This document shows, in pieces, positions 58,519 through 64,000 of a stretch of 64,000 nt of DNA. The notes beneath the pieces were generated by a model. It worked only from the letters and a program-made list of their open reading frames with translations. It was not told the origin of the DNA and searched no databases. This DNA is from Spirochaetia bacterium (GTDB lineage: Bacteria > Spirochaetota > Spirochaetia > UBA9216): contig OY776510.1 in NCBI GenBank assembly GCA_963675665.1, forward strand, positions 2,272,001-2,336,000, written 5' to 3'. Position 1 is the first letter of the stretch. Every line of letters begins with the position of its first letter. A program made the translations under genes and the position numbers.

Positions 58519-59495
58519 TGTCTTTTAAAGTTGTTTTTACTGATTACTATTATCCTGATAATGCACAGGAAGTTGAGATTCTTAAACAGATTGAGGATAT
58601 TGAGATTATTGATTTAACAAAGCTGAAACCCGGAGGTGTTATTGAACCTGATGAAATTATACCTTATGTGAAAGATGCTGATGCTGTGATTGTTCAGTTC
58701 GGAAAGATTAATGAAGAAGTTATTGCAGCGATGGAAAAATGTAAAATTATTGCACGTTATGCAATCGGTGTTGACGTAGTGGATCTGAACGCTGCAAAAC
58801 AGAAGGGCATAGCAGTTGCAAATGTACCAGATTATTGTATTGAGGAAGTATCGGATACTGCGGTTGCCCATATTATGAACTGTTTAAGGGCGATAACAAG
58901 GGCTAATTATCTTATTCATGAAAACATTTGGGAATATAACAAAATTAAACCGTTGAAAAGGTTTTCGGAGTGTACAGTCGGGTTGCTCGCTTTTGGTAAT
59001 ATCGGACGACGTACAGCTGAAAAACTGCGTGCATTCAATTGCAGGATACTGACCTTCGATCCGGGATTTGCTGAGCAGAATGCCTGGGACTGGGTTGAAT
59101 TTGTTTCATTTGAAGAACTCCTTCAGCAGTCGGAGGTCTTGTCGGTGCATGCTCCGTTAAACGATAAAACACATCATATACTTAACGAAAAGGCTTTTGC
59201 TTTAATGCAGGATGGAGTGTCCATAGTTAATACTTCGCGTGGAGGTATAATAAATGAGGAGGCTTTATTGAAAGCTATTAAATCAGGAAAAGTGAGAAAT
59301 GCCAGCCTTGATGTGCTTGATATGCAGGATTCAGATTACAATGTTTCAGAACTGCTGAAGTTTCCGACGCAAGTAACCATTACGCCGCATCTTGGCTGGT
59401 ATTCTGAGACATCGATTGCCGAGCTGAGGCGGAAAGTCGGTGAGAATGTATACAGCATGCTTAAGGAAGGTAAGCCTGTTTATCAGGTGGTGTAG
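58518..59495 (+). CDS. D-2-hydroxyacid dehydrogenase (CtBP-like subgroup)
   Basis: NVPDYCIEEV, AFGNIG, NTSRG, LDV, TPHLGWYS. Confidence 0.9.
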   Translation: MSFKVVFTDYYYPDNAQEVEILKQIEDIEIIDLTKLKPGGVIEPDEIIPYVKDADAVIVQFGKINEEVIAAMEKCKIIARYAIGVDVVDLNAAKQKGIAVANVPDYCIEEVSDTAVAHIMNCLRAITRANYLIHENIWEYNKIKPLKRFSECTVGLLAFGNIGRRTAEKLRAFNCRILTFDPGFAEQNAWDWVEFVSFEELLQQSEVLSVHAPLNDKTHHILNEKAFALMQDGVSIVNTSRGGIINEEALLKAIKSGKVRNASLDVLDMQDSDYNVSELLKFPTQVTITPHLGWYSETSIAELRRKVGENVYSMLKEGKPVYQVV

Positions 59496-59572
59496 TCTTA
59501 CAGCTTTATTATAGACAGAAAATTATAATTTAATTACTCGAAAATAAATATTTACATGCTAAGGAGAGAAAT

Positions 59573-60454
59573 ATGTTCAAAATGAAAGGGGTTACCCCTC
59601 CAATGATCACACCTTTTAAAGAAAATGGAGAGCTTGATGTAGAGAACCTAAAAACCCTCGTTACTTATCTTAAAAAAGAAGTTAACGGGTTATTTATTAC
59701 CGGTTCATACGGAGCCGGTCCAATGATGAATCTTTCGGAAAGGAAGCAGGTCGTAGAAACTACTATGTCTATTACTAAAGGAGACATACCAGTAATACCG
59801 ATGGTGGGAACAACGAATAATATTGAATCAATTGAACTTGCAAAACATGCGGAATCAGCCGGAGTAGATGCTGTAGCAGCAGTCGGTCCGTTTTACTTTT
59901 CACATAAAGAAGATGATCTTATTGATTTTTATACTGATCTGATTGAATCGGTAAAAATACCGGTTTATTTGTATAACAATCCGGGGTTTCAGGGTTATGA
60001 GATTGGACTTGAAACACTTAAAAAGCTTAAATCACGCGGACTTGCAGGAGTTAAGGATGCAACATTCGATATTCTTGTTCATGCGACATACCACAGGGTT
60101 CTTAAAGATGAGAATTTCGATGTAGCGCTAGGAACTGAGGCAATGTTTGCTTCCGCCAGGGTTCTCGGCTGTGAAGCATTTATTCCTGGTCTTGCAAATG
60201 CGTTTCCTGAAATTAATATGAAAATGTTCGAAGAGGGTATGAAATGGGACATGGCGGCATGTGCTGAAACCCAGTTCAAGATAAATGAATTGCGGGATGT
60301 AATGTATCTTGCACGTTCAACTCAACTTGCAGTTTACGCAATGCTTGAAATCAGGGGCATTATAAAATCATTTCCCCGCAAGCCTTTTGTTCCGGCATCA
60401 GCCGCGGAAATCGGGGCGATAAAAAAAGAATTAATACGGTTGAAAATGATTTGA
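59573..60454 (+). CDS. DapA/NanA-family aldolase or dehydratase
   Basis: TPF, GSYG, YNNP, Schiff-base Lys in GVKDA. Confidence 0.9.
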   Translation: MFKMKGVTPPMITPFKENGELDVENLKTLVTYLKKEVNGLFITGSYGAGPMMNLSERKQVVETTMSITKGDIPVIPMVGTTNNIESIELAKHAESAGVDAVAAVGPFYFSHKEDDLIDFYTDLIESVKIPVYLYNNPGFQGYEIGLETLKKLKSRGLAGVKDATFDILVHATYHRVLKDENFDVALGTEAMFASARVLGCEAFIPGLANAFPEINMKMFEEGMKWDMAACAETQFKINELRDVMYLARSTQLAVYAMLEIRGIIKSFPRKPFVPASAAEIGAIKKELIRLKMI

Positions 60455-60506
60455 AAACAACGGAAAAGGGGGGCGGATGCCCCTCTGTTGTCCAGTGGAG
60501 TTTGAA

Positions 60507-61790
60507 ATGGTTTATGAACTTGTTTTCCATGATGACGGTATAGCGTCAGTTTTGGTTCCTTCAGAAAACATTATAAATATTATTGAACCAAATGATGTCA
60601 TGATCGATTGCCGTCCAGCTGAACAACTTGTTGTGGAATGTCTTGAGAATCCGATTGGAATGGGCAGACTTAGTGAAGAGCTTAAAGGAAATGAAAAAGT
60701 TCTTATACTTGTTGATGATTATACACGGCTTACGCCGACTGATGTAATTCTGCCGGTAATGATTAAGGAAATAATATCAACAGGAGTGCCTCTGAAAAAT
60801 ATTGAGCTTCTGATCGCTTCAGGTACCCATCGTGCAATGAATGAGAATGAGAAAATAAAGAAATACGGTCGATGGGTAATGGAGAATGTAAAGGTTCGGG
60901 ATCACCTCTGGTACGAAAAGAATCAATTGACTGAAATAGGCAGAACCGATAACGGCACAGACGTTGTGATAAATAGCAGGCTGTTGGAAGCGGATTTTAT
61001 AATAGGTATAGGTCATATTGTCCCTCATCGGGTTGCAGGTTTTTCAGGCGGCGCAAAAATTGTTCAGCCGGGCGTCTGTGGGGCCGTAACGACCGGACAG
61101 ACCCACTGGCTGAGTGCGAAAGATTATGTAGGCAGGGATATAATGGGTAAAATTGATAATCCTGTCAGGGATGAAATAAATCAGGTGGGCATTGAAGCCG
61201 GTCTGAAGTTTATTTTTAATACTGTTCAGGCAGGAAACGGGAAAGTATATGCCTGTGTTTGCGGTGAGCCGGTAAAAGCTTATAGGGCCGGGTGCCGGGC
61301 TGCAAAGGATGTTTACGGTTGTGAGATTAAAGAGCTGGCGGATATCGTGATTTCTGATGCTTACCCGTCTAATATGAATATGTGGCAGTCTGCTAAAGGT
61401 GTATATTCAGGAGATCTGGCTCTTAAAGACGACGGTATTCTTATACTTGTTTCACCATGCAAGGAGGGGATAGCGGTGGAGCATCCCGAAGTAGGCGAAC
61501 TAGGTTACTCGCATCCCCGGAAGATTGCGAAAATGGTTGAATCAGGAGAATTTAATGATTTAACTGTTGCTGCCCACATCCTTCATGTTGGAAGGGTTAT
61601 TACAGGCAAACGGAAAGCGATTATTGTTTCAGACGGTATAAACAGGGAAGATTCTGAGCGGATAGGATTTATTAAAGCTGATACTGTAAAAGAAGCTCTG
61701 GATACAGCAATAAAATTAAAAGGCAGTAATGCTTCAATCACAATAATAAAACATGGCGGTGAAGTTATGCCTGTATACAGGAGCAAATAA
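60507..61790 (+). CDS. larA: LarA-family nickel-pincer hydroxy-acid racemase/epimerase
   Basis: DDYTRLTP, GTH, PHRVAGFSGGAK, QTH, WQSAK; the NPN-binding residues appear retained. Substrate uncertain. Confidence 0.88.
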   Translation: MVYELVFHDDGIASVLVPSENIINIIEPNDVMIDCRPAEQLVVECLENPIGMGRLSEELKGNEKVLILVDDYTRLTPTDVILPVMIKEIISTGVPLKNIELLIASGTHRAMNENEKIKKYGRWVMENVKVRDHLWYEKNQLTEIGRTDNGTDVVINSRLLEADFIIGIGHIVPHRVAGFSGGAKIVQPGVCGAVTTGQTHWLSAKDYVGRDIMGKIDNPVRDEINQVGIEAGLKFIFNTVQAGNGKVYACVCGEPVKAYRAGCRAAKDVYGCEIKELADIVISDAYPSNMNMWQSAKGVYSGDLALKDDGILILVSPCKEGIAVEHPEVGELGYSHPRKIAKMVESGEFNDLTVAAHILHVGRVITGKRKAIIVSDGINREDSERIGFIKADTVKEALDTAIKLKGSNASITIIKHGGEVMPVYRSK

Positions 61791-62764
61791 TGTCAAAAGT
61801 ATATATAAGTGATTATGATTATGAGGATTTGGAGATTGAAAAAACCATTCTTGAGCCGATTGGGGCTGAGGTGATTGGTCTTCAATGCAGTACTGGAGAG
61901 GGGTTGGGAGATCTTGCGCGCGATGCCGATGTGCTTATGACACGATATGCCAAGGTGACCAGAGAAACCTGCGAAAAGCTTGAACATTGCATCGGTATAT
62001 GCAGATACGGAATAGGTGTTGATACGGTAGATGTGCAGGCAGTTTACGATAACGGTATGGTGCTCACTAATATTCCGGATTTTTGTATAGAGGAGGTGGC
62101 TGAGCACAGTATTGCCATGGGATTATCGCTATGCAGAAGACTTCCGCATTATGATGCAGCGACAAAGTCCGGAAGGTGGGAGTTTCAGGATGCGGTACAG
62201 CCGATTAGGAAATTCAGAAATACTGTATGGGGGCTGATAGGGTTCGGCAAGATCGCCCAGATTATTGCCCGGAAAATTATAGGCTGTGGAATGACTGTAA
62301 TATCTTCTGATCCATATGTGTCTGAAAACTATATGGCGGCAATGGGCGTCAGAAAAGTTGAGCTTAACGAGCTTGTGAAAGAATCTGATGTTGTGAATGT
62401 AATGTGCCCCTACACAAAAGCTACTCACCATATCATAAATGAAGAAAAACTCAGGATGATGAAAAAAAATGCTGTTGTAGTAAATTGCTCAAGGGGCAAG
62501 CTGGTTGATAATAAGGCGTTGTACAAGGCTCTTGCGGAAGCGTGGATTGTGGGCGCCGGTCTTGATGATACGGAAGAAGAGCCGGCAAAAAATCCCGACT
62601 GGAAACCTTCAGATAATCCGCTGTTTTCATTATCAAACTGCATTATCTCACCGCATTCGGCTTTTTATTCAGAGCAGTCGCTGGTGGACAATAGAAGACT
62701 TACGGCTATAAACGCGAAGGCTCTGCTGGAAGGTTCGCCTCCTATCAATATAGTAAGACCATAA
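61790..62764 (+). CDS. Second D-2-hydroxyacid dehydrogenase (CtBP-like)
   Basis: NIPDFCIEEV, GFGKIA, NCSRG, SPHSAFYS. Confidence 0.9.
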   Translation: MSKVYISDYDYEDLEIEKTILEPIGAEVIGLQCSTGEGLGDLARDADVLMTRYAKVTRETCEKLEHCIGICRYGIGVDTVDVQAVYDNGMVLTNIPDFCIEEVAEHSIAMGLSLCRRLPHYDAATKSGRWEFQDAVQPIRKFRNTVWGLIGFGKIAQIIARKIIGCGMTVISSDPYVSENYMAAMGVRKVELNELVKESDVVNVMCPYTKATHHIINEEKLRMMKKNAVVVNCSRGKLVDNKALYKALAEAWIVGAGLDDTEEEPAKNPDWKPSDNPLFSLSNCIISPHSAFYSEQSLVDNRRLTAINAKALLEGSPPINIVRP

Positions 62765-62790
62765 AACAAATAATATACAAGGAGACTTTT

Positions 62791-63558
62791 ATGCAAATTG
62801 TAAGGTACGAAAAAGATGGTGATGTTTTTTACGGTTCTCTTAACGGGGATAAAATTAACAGGATTGAAGGCTCAATCTATGACAATTATGAGGTTACGAG
62901 GGAAACTGCGGAAGTTAGCGATGTTAAGCTGCTTTATCCCTGTGAACCTACAAACCTCTACTGTGTCGGGCTGAATTTTAAAGCTCATATAGCTGAACTT
63001 GATCTTCCGACCCCCGAACTCCCTGCGAATTTTATGAAACCGGTAACGGGTGTAATCAATCCCGGTGAAGCTATAGTAATACCTGCTGTTGCAAACAGGG
63101 TGGATTACGAAGGTGAAATGGCTCTGGTTATCAAGAACAAGATAAAAAATGTAAGCGTGGAAGAAGCAAAGCAGCACATCTTAGGTATAACTCCGTTAAA
63201 TGATGTTACAGAGCGTGAGATGAGTTATAACTCTACACAGGTTACATACAGCAAGAGCTTTGATACATTCACTTCATTCGGCCCTGTTCTTGATACCGAT
63301 ATTGATCCGGATAACGCTACTGTCAGAACATATCTGAACGGCGAAAAGGTTCAGGAAGGCAATACATCTGATCTGCTTTTCAATGCGGCTTACATTGTTT
63401 CATATTTTTCGCAGAGTAGAACCCTTTTCCCCGGTGATATTATTTCTACCGGTACTCCTTATAATGTGAAGCCCATGAAAGACGGTGATGTTGTTGAAAT
63501 TGAGATTGACGGAATTGAAATGCGCTGTGTTAACCCGGTAGAAGATCCTGAAAAATAA
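62791..63558 (+). CDS. Fumarylacetoacetate hydrolase family protein
   Basis: VGLNF, FMKP, DYEGE, NDVTER, KSFDTF, STGTP. Confidence 0.92.
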   Translation: MQIVRYEKDGDVFYGSLNGDKINRIEGSIYDNYEVTRETAEVSDVKLLYPCEPTNLYCVGLNFKAHIAELDLPTPELPANFMKPVTGVINPGEAIVIPAVANRVDYEGEMALVIKNKIKNVSVEEAKQHILGITPLNDVTEREMSYNSTQVTYSKSFDTFTSFGPVLDTDIDPDNATVRTYLNGEKVQEGNTSDLLFNAAYIVSYFSQSRTLFPGDIISTGTPYNVKPMKDGDVVEIEIDGIEMRCVNPVEDPEK

Positions 63559-63568
63559 ATCTTTCATC

Positions 63569-63605
63569 AGATTAGATCGCAACTGTCATTGCTGTGATCT
63601 AATCT
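63569..63605 (+). terminator. Intercistronic stem-loop
   Basis: AGATTAGATC...GATCTAATCT. Confidence 0.5.
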
Positions 63606-63631
63606 TTAATGATAAAAGGAGAATTTAACGC

Positions 63632-64000
63632 ATGAATAAATCAATTGCCGCTGAAAGCGCATTACTTGTAATGCATTGCCAGAATGATATTGTTGATCCG
63701 AACGGGTTGTATAACGACTCAGGGGCATATTGTGAAGTAAAGAGGCGCGGGGTTCTTGAAAAAATTGCCGATGTTCTTGAAAAAGCCAGAGCTGCTGGGG
63801 TTTTGATCGTTTTTGTGAATAATGCTTTCAGCCGGGGGTATCCGGAGTTGAAGGGAAATACGCTTCCTATCTGCGATGCCGCCAAAAAAAGCAATTCTTT
63901 TCTCGAGGGTACATGGGGTGTAGAGAATCCGACAATAATCAAGCCTGTAGACGGAGATATCGTGTTGAGGAATTTTAACACAAGCTCTTTTTCGTATACC
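63632..64000 (+). CDS. Isochorismatase/cysteine-hydrolase family protein (truncated by window end)
   Basis: AGGAG RBS; manual translation MNKSIAAESALLVMHCQNDIV...KARAAGVLIVFV...EGTWG...GDIVLRNFNTSSFSYT. Confidence 0.8.
   Translation, partial: MNKSIAAESALLVMHCQNDIVDPNGLYNDSGAYCEVKRRGVLEKIADVLEKARAAGVLIVFVNNAFSRGYPELKGNTLPICDAAKKSNSFLEGTWGVENPTIIKPVDGDIVLRNFNTSSFSYT

Overview
Bacterial chromosomal window, probably from a free-living anaerobic spirochaete. This is inferred from the 'A(G/E)GQQ(D/E)' N-termini of the solute-binding proteins and a Treponema-like CheY. 1-25 kb is mostly housekeeping and metabolism: fucI with a LacI regulator, a DUF39/NIL-ferredoxin/UPF0280 sulfur-assimilation trio, hflX, a cobalamin riboswitch with btuFCD-cbiZ, a U32 protein, and a glycosyltransferase/ugd pair. 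25.3-44.7 kb is a type I-C CRISPR-Cas locus: WYL, GxxExxY, cas3, a frameshifted cas5, cas8c, cas7, BRO-N, a dead cas4 stub, AAA/DUF4143, cas4, cas1, cas2 and an array of 81 repeats and 80 spacers (manual count), followed by a histidine-kinase remnant and a metallophosphoesterase. 46-64 kb is a large uncharacterised sugar-acid/hydroxy-acid catabolic cluster. The most unusual structure is a family of GGCC(G/A)CG(G/A)ATT...CACG(G/A)A direct repeats. One pair brackets the GxxExxY nuclease gene together with a 30-bp hairpin, and a second pair brackets the whole 19.4-kb CRISPR region. All calls come from reading motifs by eye; no database searches were run.
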